Below, one piece after another: positions 18,883-29,814 of a stretch of 64,000 nucleotides of DNA. The notes beneath the pieces were generated by a model. It searched no databases. It worked only from the letters and a program-made list of their open reading frames with translations, and was not told the origin of the DNA. Made by a program: the position numbers and the translations under genes. How positions within the stretch are numbered: position 1 is the stretch's first letter; every line of letters starts with the position of its first letter. The stretch comes from an uncultured bacterium (GTDB lineage Bacteria; Patescibacteriota; Patescibacteriia; UBA9570; XYC2-FULL-38-9), in contig CALKUP010000002.1 of assembly GCA_937996685.1 (NCBI GenBank), positions 23,003-87,002 of the forward strand, read 5' to 3'.

Positions 18883-18967
18883 TGGTACCGGAGGAGAGAA
18901 TCGAACTCTCATGGGTTTCCCCGCACGATCTTGAGTCGTGTGCGTCTGCCAATTCCGCCACTCCGGC
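18883..18967 (-). tRNA. tRNA-Leu (CAA)
   Basis: GCCGGAGTGGCGGAATTGGCAGACGC...CTCAAGA, long variable arm, TTCGA, encoded CCA. Confidence 0.95.
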
Positions 18968-19067
18968 ATATGTTTCTGTAGCTTTAGGAATATACGAAAA
19001 AAACGACAATCTGTCAACAGACTGTGCGGTTAGGAGTATTTCTCTTTTTTTGCTATACTGTGATTCT

Positions 19068-19964
19068 ATGGCTCGAGTTATTTCTGTTGTAAACCAAAAA
19101 GGTGGTGTCGGAAAAACCACAACCTCTGTGAATGTGGCAGCGGCTTTGTCATTGCTTGATCAAACTGTTTTGTTGGTTGATATTGATTCACAAGGCAATG
19201 CAACATCCGGTCTGGGGTTTGATCCAATGACTGTTCATCCGTCTGTGTATGATGTCCTGACTGAAAACGCGAGCATCGATCAGGCGATTATCAATACGGG
19301 CATTGAACGATTAGATATTTTGCCAGCAAACGTTGATTTAGCCGGAGCGTCTGTTGAGTTGGTTTCTGCTGATCAACGCGAATATCGATTGCGTCATGCA
19401 TTAGGCTTGGTCGAGGATCGCTATGATTTCATTATTATTGATTGCCCGCCGTCATTGGGCGTATTAACAATCAACGGAATTGTGGCAGGGAATGAAATTT
19501 TAATTCCTGTCCAAGCGGAATATTATGCATTAGAAGGTCTTGGTCAATTATTGCGGACCATTGAGCTGACAAAAGAATACTTGCATCCAGATTTGAATAT
19601 TTTAGGCGCGGTGCTGACGATGTATGATCGTCGAAATAAATTATCTCAAGCAGTGTTTGAAGATATGTATAAGCATTTCCCAAATACAGTATTTCGCACA
19701 ATTATTCCTCGAACAGTTCGGCTTGCAGAAGCGCCATCATATGGAAAGCCAATCGCGTTATATGACCCGACAGGCAATGGCGCTAAAGCGTACATGAAAC
19801 TTGCGCGTGAAATGTTGATCCGAGAAGCGCACATCAATCCGCGCGAGGTGCTGCAACAAGTCGCAGAAGAAACCAATACAGAAATCCCAAAGCCAGACTT
19901 GAATTACGATGATCCAGAAGAAGTGCGCGATGCAATTTTAGAATCTGTTCAATCAACTGAGTAA
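19068..19964 (+). CDS. parA: ParA/Soj ATPase with acidic C-terminal extension
   Basis: NQKGGVGKTT, DCPPSLG, LAEAPSYG; start moved to ATG 19068 because the longer ORF overlaps tRNA-Leu. Confidence 0.95.
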   Translation: MARVISVVNQKGGVGKTTTSVNVAAALSLLDQTVLLVDIDSQGNATSGLGFDPMTVHPSVYDVLTENASIDQAIINTGIERLDILPANVDLAGASVELVSADQREYRLRHALGLVEDRYDFIIIDCPPSLGVLTINGIVAGNEILIPVQAEYYALEGLGQLLRTIELTKEYLHPDLNILGAVLTMYDRRNKLSQAVFEDMYKHFPNTVFRTIIPRTVRLAEAPSYGKPIALYDPTGNGAKAYMKLAREMLIREAHINPREVLQQVAEETNTEIPKPDLNYDDPEEVRDAILESVQSTE

Positions 19965-19969
19965 AACGT

Positions 19970-20869
19970 ATGACACAATCCAAAGGCGGGCTGGGTCGGG
20001 GCCTGAGTTCTTTAATCCCACCAAAACAATCACCGCAAAATTTAGATGCGGTACGTCGTGCAAGTAATCCTGATTTAGAGCGAGTGGCGAATTCGTCTAT
20101 TTTAGAAGTGCCAGTTGCGTTGCTTGATACCAATGAATATCAACCGCGTACACATTTTGATGAAGGGGCGTTGCGTGAACTCGCGGATTCTATTGAGCAA
20201 CATGGTTTACTTGAGCCAGTGGTTGTGACGCGTGAAGGGGATCGTTATTCATTAATTGCGGGTGAGAGGCGTTTGCGGGCACATAAATTGTTGAATAAAA
20301 AAACGATTCCAGCGATTATTCGAACAGCATCGGAGCTTGAGCGATTACAACTTGCGTTGATTGAAAATATTCAACGTGAAGATTTGAATCCGATTGAATG
20401 TGCGATGAGTTACAAGCAATTGATGGATGAGTTTAGTATTACACAACAAGAAGCCGCGCGGCGTTTAGGTGTTGCGCGATCAACAGTTGCAAATGTTGTG
20501 CGCTATTTAGAATTACCAACTGAAGTGCAACGTGCGCTTGCGGAAAAACGGATTTCAGAAGGTCATGCAAAATTATTATTAGGACTTTCTTCAGCTGAAG
20601 AGCAAATGCAATTGTTTAAGCAATTGACGTCTGGACAAGCAATGAGTGTACGCGAATTAGAAGAAGTGGTTGGGATTAAAAAAGGTGTCAAAAAAGGCAA
20701 AGCGGTCAAAAATCACGAATTGGTTGAATTGGAAAATGAATTACAACACGCGCTTGGAACAAAAGTGCTCGTGACTTCTCGTTCAAAAGGTCGTTTTCAA
20801 ATTACTGTTGACGTCTATTCTGCTGAAGATTTGAAACGTTTACGAAAACAACTGACAACAAAGAATTAA
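19970..20869 (+). CDS. parB: ParB/Spo0J
   Basis: GLGRGL, QPR, GERRLRA, ENIQREDL, HTH. Confidence 0.95.
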   Translation: MTQSKGGLGRGLSSLIPPKQSPQNLDAVRRASNPDLERVANSSILEVPVALLDTNEYQPRTHFDEGALRELADSIEQHGLLEPVVVTREGDRYSLIAGERRLRAHKLLNKKTIPAIIRTASELERLQLALIENIQREDLNPIECAMSYKQLMDEFSITQQEAARRLGVARSTVANVVRYLELPTEVQRALAEKRISEGHAKLLLGLSSAEEQMQLFKQLTSGQAMSVRELEEVVGIKKGVKKGKAVKNHELVELENELQHALGTKVLVTSRSKGRFQITVDVYSAEDLKRLRKQLTTKN

Positions 20870-22416
20870 TCTTCTTTGTTTCGTGAGAGCCCAATGCGGC
20901 TGAAAAAGCTGCTGTTTTTCTTGTTAATATATTGCCTGATCGATTGTCGCGCATTGGTGGTTTTGACAAACGATAACCAGCCAGCACTCGGACCTTTGCG
21001 TTGTGGGTTGGTGAGAATTTCGACAACATCACCGCTGTGAAGGGGGTCGCTCAAGCTACTCATTTGTCCGTTGATTTTCACGCCAGCACATTTGTCGCCA
21101 AGGTCTGTGTGTATTTTGTATGCAAAATCAACAGGGGATGCGTCTTCTGGTAATTCAATGACCGCGCCTTTTGGTGTGAAAACAAAAATCGTATTTTGAA
21201 ACATGTCGATTTTGAGTGTCTCAAGCAACTGATGTGTGTCTGTTGCGTCTTTTTGTAGTTCAACAACTTCCCGCATCCAGTTCATGCGTGGGTCAGTCTT
21301 TTTTGATCCTTGTTCTTTTTCTTTGTATTGCCAATGAGCAGCAATACCGAATTCTGCTTCTTGATGCATTTCTGGGGTGCGGATTTGAATCTCAGCAATT
21401 TCCGCGTACATTTCGTTGGTTGCAAATCGCGCTGGAGAAAACACCGTTGTGTGCAATGATTGATATCCGTTTGGTTTTGGTTGACTAATGTAGTCTTTAA
21501 TACGGCCTTTTAACGGTTTGCAGATTTCATGAATGATGCCAAGTGTTTCGTAACACTTGGCGATATTTGGAACAATAATGCGCACAGCAACCATGTCATA
21601 GATTTTACTGGTGTCACGATTATTTTTGATCAGCTTTTTGTAGAGGGAATACAAATGCTTACGTCTGCCGTGCATGCTGACATATTCAATTTTCCGGTCT
21701 TTGAATTCTGCTTCTAAAAATGAAACAAAGTCGCGAATAAATTCTTCTTTTTGTTTTAATTGCAGATCCATTTGCTTGGTCAGCCATTCGTATTCTTCGG
21801 GGTAAATAAATGGGAATGATAAATCTTCAATCACCCCTTTCATTTCACCCATACCAAGACGGTTGGCAATTGGTGCGTAAATTTCCAAGCTTTCTAATGC
21901 AATGCGGCGTTGTTTTTCTGGCGGAAGAGCGCTGAGGGTTTGCAGATTGTGAATACGGTCTGCGAATTTCACGACAATCACGCGAGCATCTTGTGCCATC
22001 GCCATAAACATGCGACGCAGATTTTCAACATAGCGTTCTTCACCGCGATATTTTAATTGACCAAGTTTTGTGACGCCGTTCACAAGAAAGGCGACTTCTT
22101 CACCAAATTCTGTTTCAATGCCTTCGAGTGTCACGGCTGTATCTTCTGGGACATCATGCAAAAGACCTGCGATAATGGTTGTTTCGTCCATTTTGAGTTG
22201 CGCCAGATAAAACGCTGTCGCAATTGGATGATGAATATAGGATTCGCCGGATTTTCGTTTCTGGTCGCCATGGGCTGCGGTTGCAAAATCAAATGCATGG
22301 CGAATACGAGTGTCGTCTATTTCCGGATGATGTTTTTTTCCTGCGGCAATAATATCGTCAACCCCAATGTTTGGGTTGTAGGTAAAGACAATTTCATCAT
22401 CGACGAATGGAGTCAT
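20866..22416 (-). CDS. RelA/SpoT homologue (HD, synthetase, TGS; no ACT)
   Basis: LLHDVPED, KPNGYQSLHT, EIQIRT, VFTPKG, DFAYKIHT. Confidence 0.93.
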   Translation of the reverse strand: MTPFVDDEIVFTYNPNIGVDDIIAAGKKHHPEIDDTRIRHAFDFATAAHGDQKRKSGESYIHHPIATAFYLAQLKMDETTIIAGLLHDVPEDTAVTLEGIETEFGEEVAFLVNGVTKLGQLKYRGEERYVENLRRMFMAMAQDARVIVVKFADRIHNLQTLSALPPEKQRRIALESLEIYAPIANRLGMGEMKGVIEDLSFPFIYPEEYEWLTKQMDLQLKQKEEFIRDFVSFLEAEFKDRKIEYVSMHGRRKHLYSLYKKLIKNNRDTSKIYDMVAVRIIVPNIAKCYETLGIIHEICKPLKGRIKDYISQPKPNGYQSLHTTVFSPARFATNEMYAEIAEIQIRTPEMHQEAEFGIAAHWQYKEKEQGSKKTDPRMNWMREVVELQKDATDTHQLLETLKIDMFQNTIFVFTPKGAVIELPEDASPVDFAYKIHTDLGDKCAGVKINGQMSSLSDPLHSGDVVEILTNPQRKGPSAGWLSFVKTTNARQSIRQYINKKNSSFFSRIGLSRNKED

Positions 22417-22490
22417 GCTGTGTACTCTATACCTGCTGATATGATTTTGCAAGATAGAGAAGGTCTAATATTTGCGAATTTGCGGCGCCA

Positions 22491-24785
22491 TTACACCATT
22501 TCTTCTTGTTCCTTGCTGAATTTACAGGTTTTTTCGCTACATCGGATCGTGTTTTTTGCACCGAAGACCAAGAGGGCGCCACAGTCTGGACAGCTTTCAC
22601 CAGTCGGTTTGCTCCAATAGGCGTTCTCGCATTTTGGATATTGATTACATGCGTAAAAGGTTTTACCGCGCTTACTGCGTTTCTCAATAATTTCACCTTC
22701 TTCACATTTTGGGCATTTGACGCCAGTCTTTTTTTCAATGGAAACAATGCTTTTGCATTCCGGGTAGCCGCTACACGCGAGAAATTCTCCAAAGCGACCA
22801 CGTTTTTTGACCATCGGTTTGCCGCAAAGCTCACAGGTCACATCAATTTTTTCTTCTGGTGCTGCTTTGCCGTTTTCGCCAAGTGGTTTTGTTGTTTTAC
22901 AATCCGGATAGCCAGTACATGCTAAGAATTTTCCAAAGCGTCCCATTTTCACTTCCATTGGTTTTCCGCATTTATCACACACTTCGTCAGTTTTTTCTTG
23001 AACGATATCTTCTTTTGTGATTTCTGAATCTTTTTCCACAAGTAATTTTTTAAATGGTTGGTAAAAGTCACGAATGAGTGGTTCCCATTCTTGTGTGCCA
23101 TCGGCAACGTTATCAAGTCCTTGTTCCATGTTCGCTGTAAAGTCGTAGTCGACAATATTTGGAAAATGTTCAACTAGTAAATCGTTGACTAAAAATCCAA
23201 TTTCTTCAGGGATCAGTTTGCGTTCTTCTTTGCGAACGTAGCCACGCGCTTGCACTGTCGCGAGTGTCGGAGCGTATGTGGATGGTCGGCCAATGCCTTT
23301 TTCTTCCAATGCTTTGACAATCGCAGCTTCAGTGTATCGCGCTGGTGGTTCAGTGAAATGTTGAACGGGTGTAATAGAGTTCGCGGTAATAACGTCGCCT
23401 TCTTTCATTTCTGGCAACAAGCGTTCGTTGCTTTTATCGGGATATAATTTGAGCCACCCATCAAAAACGAGTTGTGAGCCAGTGGATCGAAATGTGTATT
23501 CACCCGTTGTGATATCCGCTGTTGTCGCAAGCATTTGCGCCGGCGCCATTTGTGAGCCAACAGCACGAGACCAAATCAGCGTATACATTTTCAATTGTTG
23601 TGGACTTAAAAATGGAGCGACGATTTCAGGAGACAGAGCGGCATCAGTTGGACGAATTGCTTCGTGGGCTTCTTGTGCGCCTTTCGCAGTTGTGGTGTAG
23701 GTTGTGCGTTTTGCGTACTCAGTACCAAACGTTGCGGTGATGTATGCGCCGGCTTCATCTAAAAATGTATCAGATAAGTTGAGTGAATCTGTACGCATGT
23801 ATGTGATTAAACCAGTAGAGACTTTATCGATTTCAACACCTTCATAGAGTTGTTGGGCAAGCATCATGGTTTGTTTTGCCGAATACCCTAAACGATTATT
23901 GGCTTCTTGTTGCAATGTTGATGTTTTAAACGGAGCACTCGCTGCACGTTTGCGATCTTTTTGTTCCAGAGAAGAAACGGTGTACGTGCCATTCTCGAGT
24001 GCTTGCATAATCGCGTCAGCGTTTGCGGCGTCTTTGATTTCCAGTTTGTCGAGCTTTTTGCCATTAATGGTGTTGAGCGCACCTTCAAATTCAATGCCGC
24101 CTTTTTCAAACAACGCATCGATGGTCCAATATTCTTCCGCATTAAAAGCTTGAATCTCACGTTCACGTTCAACGATCATGCGCACAACAACAGATTGCAC
24201 GCGGCCAGCAGATAATCCGCGATACATTTTGCGCCAGAGAAACGGGGAGAGTTCGTACCCGACGAGTCGATCAACAATACGACGGGCTTGTTGCGCATCA
24301 ACCGTGTGCATGTTGATGTCACGTGGATTTTCGAGTGCGTGCAAAATTGCCTTTTTCGTAATTTCATGAAAGGCAATACGATGTACTGGAGTGTCTTTTT
24401 TTGGCGCTAAGATTTCTAATAAATGCCACGCGATAGCTTCTCCTTCACGGTCTTCGTCGGATGCGAGATAGATTTCTGATGCTGATTTCGCGAGTTTTTT
24501 TAATTCAGAAACACGTTTTTTCGCTTTCGTTGGAACGATATATTTTGGTTCAAAATTGTGTTCCACATCAATCCCGAGGCGACTTTTTGGTAAATCACGG
24601 ACGTGACCGAATGAGCTTTCGACAATGTAGTCTCGACCTAAAAAGCGAGAAATAGTTTTTGCTTTGGTTGGAGACTCAACGATCACCAGTTTTTTGCCAG
24701 TGCCTTTTGGTTTTTTGGTGACTTTCTTGCGCGCTGGTTTTTTTGCAGGTGATTTTTCAGCTGCAGATGTTGGTATTTTTTCCAT
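22491..24785 (-). CDS. topA: DNA topoisomerase I
   Basis: IVESPTKAK, DEDREGE, ITYMRTD, C-terminal Zn ribbons. Confidence 0.97.
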   Translation of the reverse strand: MEKIPTSAAEKSPAKKPARKKVTKKPKGTGKKLVIVESPTKAKTISRFLGRDYIVESSFGHVRDLPKSRLGIDVEHNFEPKYIVPTKAKKRVSELKKLAKSASEIYLASDEDREGEAIAWHLLEILAPKKDTPVHRIAFHEITKKAILHALENPRDINMHTVDAQQARRIVDRLVGYELSPFLWRKMYRGLSAGRVQSVVVRMIVEREREIQAFNAEEYWTIDALFEKGGIEFEGALNTINGKKLDKLEIKDAANADAIMQALENGTYTVSSLEQKDRKRAASAPFKTSTLQQEANNRLGYSAKQTMMLAQQLYEGVEIDKVSTGLITYMRTDSLNLSDTFLDEAGAYITATFGTEYAKRTTYTTTAKGAQEAHEAIRPTDAALSPEIVAPFLSPQQLKMYTLIWSRAVGSQMAPAQMLATTADITTGEYTFRSTGSQLVFDGWLKLYPDKSNERLLPEMKEGDVITANSITPVQHFTEPPARYTEAAIVKALEEKGIGRPSTYAPTLATVQARGYVRKEERKLIPEEIGFLVNDLLVEHFPNIVDYDFTANMEQGLDNVADGTQEWEPLIRDFYQPFKKLLVEKDSEITKEDIVQEKTDEVCDKCGKPMEVKMGRFGKFLACTGYPDCKTTKPLGENGKAAPEEKIDVTCELCGKPMVKKRGRFGEFLACSGYPECKSIVSIEKKTGVKCPKCEEGEIIEKRSKRGKTFYACNQYPKCENAYWSKPTGESCPDCGALLVFGAKNTIRCSEKTCKFSKEQEEMV

Positions 24786-24821
24786 AATGCGGTTAGTTAT
24801 AACAACGGATTTATTGTATTG

Positions 24822-26192
24822 TCAAGAAATAAGGGGTTTTTTTGCGAAGACTTGAGGAAAAGAAGTTCTGCTCGACAGGATGTCATCTTCCGAAATCCAG
24901 TGTTGTCGCAGAATGCCCGCAAGGTACAGCGAGCCAATAATAATCAGTGTTGCGTTGTCTGCTTTTGCGGCAGCAAGAGCGTGCGTGAGTGCATCATGTG
25001 GATCTGCTTCAACGATAACGTCTGAACAAATGCCATTGGCGATTGTCGTGTCTGAAAGTTCTTGTGGGTCACATGCGCCAAAGCCTTGTAATTGAAAGCT
25101 GGTGAAATAGATGCGGTCCGCGTGTGAAAATGCGGAGAGAATTGCTGCGGCGTCTTTTCCTGCCTTTAAAGCAACGAGATAATACTGCTTTGTGTTTTTT
25201 GTGATTGCTGGCGCGGTTTCAAAAAAGGCGGCAATTTTTTGCGGTGAATGTGCGCCATCGAGTATCACAAGCGGATCATCTTGCATGATTTCAATACGGG
25301 CTGGGAGCCTCGTTTCGTGTACGCCGGTTGAAATTGCAGTGTCGATTTCCGTTGCGCCAAGTGCATTCGCAGCTCCGATGTGTCGCACGACAGCGGCGGC
25401 GAGTGCGGCATTGCGTTGTTGGTGAGCACCGGGCATGGTTGTTGCAAACGGATACAGGGGATCGTTCGTTTCGTCTGTTATATATGTAATGTCGATTCCG
25501 TGATCAGCTGCTTGCGTGTTAAATACGCTCATGACTTCTGGAGTTTGGGCTGCAGAAAATGTTGGCGCAGGCTGTTTCATGATGCCGGCTTTGTGCCACG
25601 CGATCGCTTCGATGGTGTTTCCGAGAATGTCAGTGTGATCAAGGCCAATGGGAGTTAAGACTGTCGCTGCAATATTTTGACACGCGTTACTGTAATCAAA
25701 ACGACCGCCGCAACCGGTTTCTACAACAATGTAATCGAGATCTTGATCCGCAAGGTAGCACATCGCAATGGCAAAAAAGAGTTCGCCATAAGACGGTTTC
25801 AGCTCTGGTGTGTCGTTTGCAATAGCGCGCATGACCGCGAGCACTCGCTCGCTATAGATCACGAAATTATCTGGACTTATCAAGAGTCCGTCTGGTCCAT
25901 GAATATTTTCAATGGATGTTGTGACAAATGGGGACTGAAAGAGTCCAGTGCGAAAACCGGCCGCGCGAAGACTGTTGTGTATCATGGTGCTGACAGAGCC
26001 TTTTCCGGAGGTGCCGGCGATATGAATGACGGGAACACGGTTTTGTGGATCGCCAAGTGCTTGCATGAGGTGGCTCGTGCGATCAAGAAAAAACTGATCA
26101 TCACGTTTGATTTGTGACTTCATATAATCAACCGGGCTGCCAATTGCCTCGGTTTCGAATCTGGTGCGGGCTGTGTGGTAGTTTTCAAACAT
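24822..26192 (-). CDS. folC: Folylpolyglutamate synthase/dihydrofolate synthase family (Mur ligase fold)
   Basis: IHIAGTSGKGS, ETGCGGRFD.SN, IGLDH..ILG, LDGAH, GSLYL. Confidence 0.88.
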   Translation of the reverse strand: MFENYHTARTRFETEAIGSPVDYMKSQIKRDDQFFLDRTSHLMQALGDPQNRVPVIHIAGTSGKGSVSTMIHNSLRAAGFRTGLFQSPFVTTSIENIHGPDGLLISPDNFVIYSERVLAVMRAIANDTPELKPSYGELFFAIAMCYLADQDLDYIVVETGCGGRFDYSNACQNIAATVLTPIGLDHTDILGNTIEAIAWHKAGIMKQPAPTFSAAQTPEVMSVFNTQAADHGIDITYITDETNDPLYPFATTMPGAHQQRNAALAAAVVRHIGAANALGATEIDTAISTGVHETRLPARIEIMQDDPLVILDGAHSPQKIAAFFETAPAITKNTKQYYLVALKAGKDAAAILSAFSHADRIYFTSFQLQGFGACDPQELSDTTIANGICSDVIVEADPHDALTHALAAAKADNATLIIIGSLYLAGILRQHWISEDDILSSRTSFPQVFAKKPLIS

Positions 26193-26235
26193 ACTCTATA
26201 TATAATGTAGCTGTCTTGAAAAGTCCAATAGATTG

Positions 26236-27363
26236 TTATGTTTTTTGAAATCGACCATCTGGGAGCATCCGGATTGCGCCGGCGATCTCTAATTGGCTGA
26301 TTTCAAGAAACAGGGCGTCAGATTCATAGAATGTGCGTTCTGCGATCTCTTCAATAGACAAGGTGTGCGCGTTGTCGATGAATATAGCAAGGATAGGGTG
26401 GTGTGCCATGGGGGTAGCAGAGAGTGCGGGTGTGTGGATATCGGAGTCTCCACCAAAGCGTTCATTGAGGTAGACAATAAATTGTGAGAGTGAAGAAATA
26501 GGCGGTGTGCCAAATTCAATCAGTTGGTTTGTTCCAGCGGATTGTGTTGAGTAAATGCTACCAGGAACAGCAAAGACGTCGCGGTTTTCTTCTGCGCCAA
26601 GCCTTGCGGTAATCAGTGATCCGGATTTTTCCGCAGCTTCAATAATAAGAATGGTTTGGGATAGCCCGGCGATAATCCGATTGCGCAGCGGGAACCATTC
26701 TGGTCGCACACGGCTATTCGGTGGATATTCCGAAATGATCAAGCCGTCGTGTTCAATAATTGATTCGCCGAGCTGTGTGTTGCGCGGTGGAGTAATGTGC
26801 GTGATGGGAGAGCCGAGCACGGCAATGGTTGGTAGCGTTTCTTTCAGCGCAGCACGATGTGCAATCGCATCAATGCCGAGCGCGAGTCCGGATACAATCA
26901 CGCTGTTGAACGGGCGCATGGTTGCAATGAGGTCGTTTGCTGCTGTTTCGCCGTAGGTTGTCGGTTTGCGTGTCCCGACGACTGCAATGCGAACGGTACT
27001 GTGTAAGAGCTCTGTGTTCCCACGACAATACAATAACACCGGCGGTTCATGGATGGTCCGAAGTGTGTCGGGATACGCCGAGTCAGCCGGGCAGAGTGTT
27101 GTGATTCGGCTGGCTGCAAAGTCAGAAAGGATGCGCTTGCTGTCTTCTATTGAAATGCTCGTTTGTTGTTGAAGTAGTCGGTTGATGCGTTTTGTTGTTG
27201 CTTTTGAGACGCGTTGATAGTCCCGACGCTTCATTGTCCAAAGTATTTCTGGGTCTGGATTTTTTTGATAGAGCCGCGATAAAAATGGCAAGTCATCGAT
27301 ATGCATTTGTTGCAAGGCATGCAGCTGCGCATGAGTGGAAATAGTACACATAAAAAAACACAT
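26236..27363 (-). CDS. dprA: DNA-processing protein DprA (start uncertain)
   Basis: AVVGTR, VSGLALGIDAIAH, FPLRNRIIAGLS, SGSLITA. Confidence 0.95.
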   Translation of the reverse strand: MCFFMCTISTHAQLHALQQMHIDDLPFLSRLYQKNPDPEILWTMKRRDYQRVSKATTKRINRLLQQQTSISIEDSKRILSDFAASRITTLCPADSAYPDTLRTIHEPPVLLYCRGNTELLHSTVRIAVVGTRKPTTYGETAANDLIATMRPFNSVIVSGLALGIDAIAHRAALKETLPTIAVLGSPITHITPPRNTQLGESIIEHDGLIISEYPPNSRVRPEWFPLRNRIIAGLSQTILIIEAAEKSGSLITARLGAEENRDVFAVPGSIYSTQSAGTNQLIEFGTPPISSLSQFIVYLNERFGGDSDIHTPALSATPMAHHPILAIFIDNAHTLSIEEIAERTFYESDALFLEISQLEIAGAIRMLPDGRFQKT

Positions 27364-27467
27364 GTGGTTACAAGTGCGTGGTGTGCATTCTATTGTGATG
27401 TGTCACAAAAAATATATCACAGGTTCATATTCTTGCCTAATACGACTGCATTTTATACACTGTGCAT

Positions 27468-28007
27468 ATGACAGCACAACAAACACCAACAACAATGAAA
27501 GAACTCGCGCAGTATTGTATGCGCTGCGGCAGTGACCGACTATCTATCCCAGCTGATAATCAATTGGAATGTTTGCAATGTGGCTTTGAATGGTATTGGA
27601 ATGCGGTGTGTGCAACGGCAGTGATTGTACGAAACAGCGATGGTGAGATTTTATTAGTGAAACGAGCGAAAGATCCAGCAAAGGGGACATGGGACTTGCC
27701 GGGTGGGTTTGCAAATTTTGGAGAAAGTTTTGAAGATGCAGCCCGTCGCGAAATTCAAGAAGAGCTCGGGATTGCATTGTCTCATTTTGAGTATCTTAGT
27801 TCATTTCCAAATGTGTATGCGTATAAAGATGTCCGTTATCAGACAATTGACGTTGTGTTGATTGCAGACATCGGTGATGTGGTGATTGATTTAGAAAGGG
27901 ATGAGTTGTTAGATTTTCATTGGATGCGCCCCTTGGATATTGATGTTGAGTCGGTTGGTTTGTCGTCTATCCAACACGCAATTCGTTTTTATCAAAAACA
28001 GCTATGA
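27468..28007 (+). CDS. NUDIX hydrolase with N-terminal Zn ribbon
   Basis: C..C/C..C; GGFANFGESFEDAARREIQEELG Nudix box. Confidence 0.92.
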   Translation: MTAQQTPTTMKELAQYCMRCGSDRLSIPADNQLECLQCGFEWYWNAVCATAVIVRNSDGEILLVKRAKDPAKGTWDLPGGFANFGESFEDAARREIQEELGIALSHFEYLSSFPNVYAYKDVRYQTIDVVLIADIGDVVIDLERDELLDFHWMRPLDIDVESVGLSSIQHAIRFYQKQL

Positions 28008-28960
28008 GTCTTGAAAGAGAAAAGCGCGGGCGGCGTCCAGAGTCATTTGATGCTGAAGCTCACGCGCCGCAACAAGAGGTTGTTGATATTTCAGCAGCTC
28101 GAGATGCATTGGTGATTATTGATAGAATTGCCAGCGCTATTAATAGATACAATACCTTGGCAAAGGATGAGTATATAGATGCGCTATACGCAAATGCAAT
28201 TTTGAATGATATACATGAAGGAATAGATGACGCGCAGATTCTTGTGAATACGTTTGCGCCTGAGGCAATATTGCGCAATCTAGAGTGCGGGCAAGCAGCG
28301 CGACGACTGTTTCATATTATTGATGTGATGGAGCCAGAATTTTTGGCATATTTTTCAACACAGTGGGAGCAGGCAGATGCGGATGATGACGGTGAGGTGG
28401 TGTTGGATAACTCGGTTTATGCATATTTAAATAGAGATGAAAAGCGACTGCTGCGTGAATTACGTCCATCAGAAGACACGCAAGATCGAGCTCGGGATTT
28501 ATATATTGAATTTGCCAAAGCGCAACAACCTGGTCAGTCAAATGGCGATCTCCCGGTGTTGCCAGTGCATCTTGCGCAATACAGTGCAGAATTAATGGCT
28601 GATATGGAGACTGTCCCTGTTGATCGCGCGTCTATCGGCATTGAATTGCAGAAAATTCTCGAATCAATTATTGACTTTGATGCAGTGCCAGGCCGACTTG
28701 AGGTGTTGCAAAAAGTGCTGCAAGGATTGTGTATGTATGCTGCTCGTATGCAAGCTTATACGGGTGACACAAAGATAACCCGTGGCGTGCAGGAAGATAT
28801 TCAGCGTATTTGTGATGCGTATATCAAAGCGTATACAAAAAATCGACATGAAGGGCTCACATATAAGTACACAGAAATACAACGCTATTTGCCACAAATG
28901 ATTGAGACGATGGCGTTTTACTTACAATCTCATTCTGGGCGATTTCCGATTGAGGAATAA
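28004..28960 (+). CDS. Hypothetical acidic helical protein
   Basis: Long ORF overlapping the upstream stop; no recognised motif. Confidence 0.65.
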   Translation: MSLEREKRGRRPESFDAEAHAPQQEVVDISAARDALVIIDRIASAINRYNTLAKDEYIDALYANAILNDIHEGIDDAQILVNTFAPEAILRNLECGQAARRLFHIIDVMEPEFLAYFSTQWEQADADDDGEVVLDNSVYAYLNRDEKRLLRELRPSEDTQDRARDLYIEFAKAQQPGQSNGDLPVLPVHLAQYSAELMADMETVPVDRASIGIELQKILESIIDFDAVPGRLEVLQKVLQGLCMYAARMQAYTGDTKITRGVQEDIQRICDAYIKAYTKNRHEGLTYKYTEIQRYLPQMIETMAFYLQSHSGRFPIEE

Positions 28961-28998
28961 GTTGCGACACAGTATAAATTCAGGCATACTACACGTAT

Positions 28999-29814
28999 AT
29001 GACACGAGAAGAATTACAACAGTATTATCCGGACACATATCGATTTTTTACTGAGATGCCAGACACGCATCCATTTTGGATGGATATTGCTGCGGTTGAA
29101 TTTGCTCGTGTGAAAGCCGGGCGCACACTGCTTGCAGATCTTGAGCAAGTGTTTGCAGCGCTATCTGAAGTAGACGGACATCACATTTTCGTGGATCGCA
29201 TTGCGAACGTTGATTCACATCAAGAATTAATGGAGCTCCTGACAAAGCTCTATGTTGCATATTTATATCGTGAGCATGGAGCAGAATTGGTTCATGGAAC
29301 AACGCATGGTTTTGATATTGAAGTAACGATCGCGGATCAGTTGCTTGCATTGGGAGTTGTGTCGTTTCATTCATTTGATTCATTGACGGATCAATTTGCG
29401 CGAGTGGTGCATGATGAAATTGTGCATTTACAGGATCGGGCAGAGATTCATGCGCGGGCAGCTGTTGAAAGTGATGAGGAATTGCCAGTTCGTGATGCGG
29501 CAGTTGTTGCGAGCGAGCGCGCACAGACACCAGAAGAATTCATGACTGAATTAGAAGGTTACAGTAAAACATTGAGTGATAACACAAAAGCGCATCATCA
29601 CATTGTTGCATCTGTGACACCGCAGGCATTGCTGCCAAACCAAGCGCAATTGTCTCAATATATTTCTGAATCACACGCTGATTTAGCAAAACGGTTTCCG
29701 ATGATTGCTGGTGTATTGCTCGTTGATCCGCGTCCAGGTGTTGAAAAGGCGACATTTTTACCGTTCCATACTGGTGGTGAATATTTGCAAGAGTTGTTAG
29801 ACAAGACGACGTAA
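28999..29814 (+). CDS. Hypothetical protein, possibly degenerate PD-(D/E)XK fold
   Basis: Long ORF; GFDIEV strand pattern but no E-x-K. Confidence 0.6.
   Translation: MTREELQQYYPDTYRFFTEMPDTHPFWMDIAAVEFARVKAGRTLLADLEQVFAALSEVDGHHIFVDRIANVDSHQELMELLTKLYVAYLYREHGAELVHGTTHGFDIEVTIADQLLALGVVSFHSFDSLTDQFARVVHDEIVHLQDRAEIHARAAVESDEELPVRDAAVVASERAQTPEEFMTELEGYSKTLSDNTKAHHHIVASVTPQALLPNQAQLSQYISESHADLAKRFPMIAGVLLVDPRPGVEKATFLPFHTGGEYLQELLDKTT

Noticed and set aside
18882-19067. 62-aa N-terminal extension of ParA in the ORF track
   Set aside because: Antisense read-through of tRNA-Leu; a -10 box and the family start point to ATG 19068.
19068-20869. parS site or oriC near parAB
   Set aside because: No parS palindrome or dense DnaA-box cluster seen here.
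27393-27408. TTGTGA-N4-TCACAA palindrome between dprA and the NUDIX gene
   Set aside because: Spacing fits neither CRP nor Rex; single copy.
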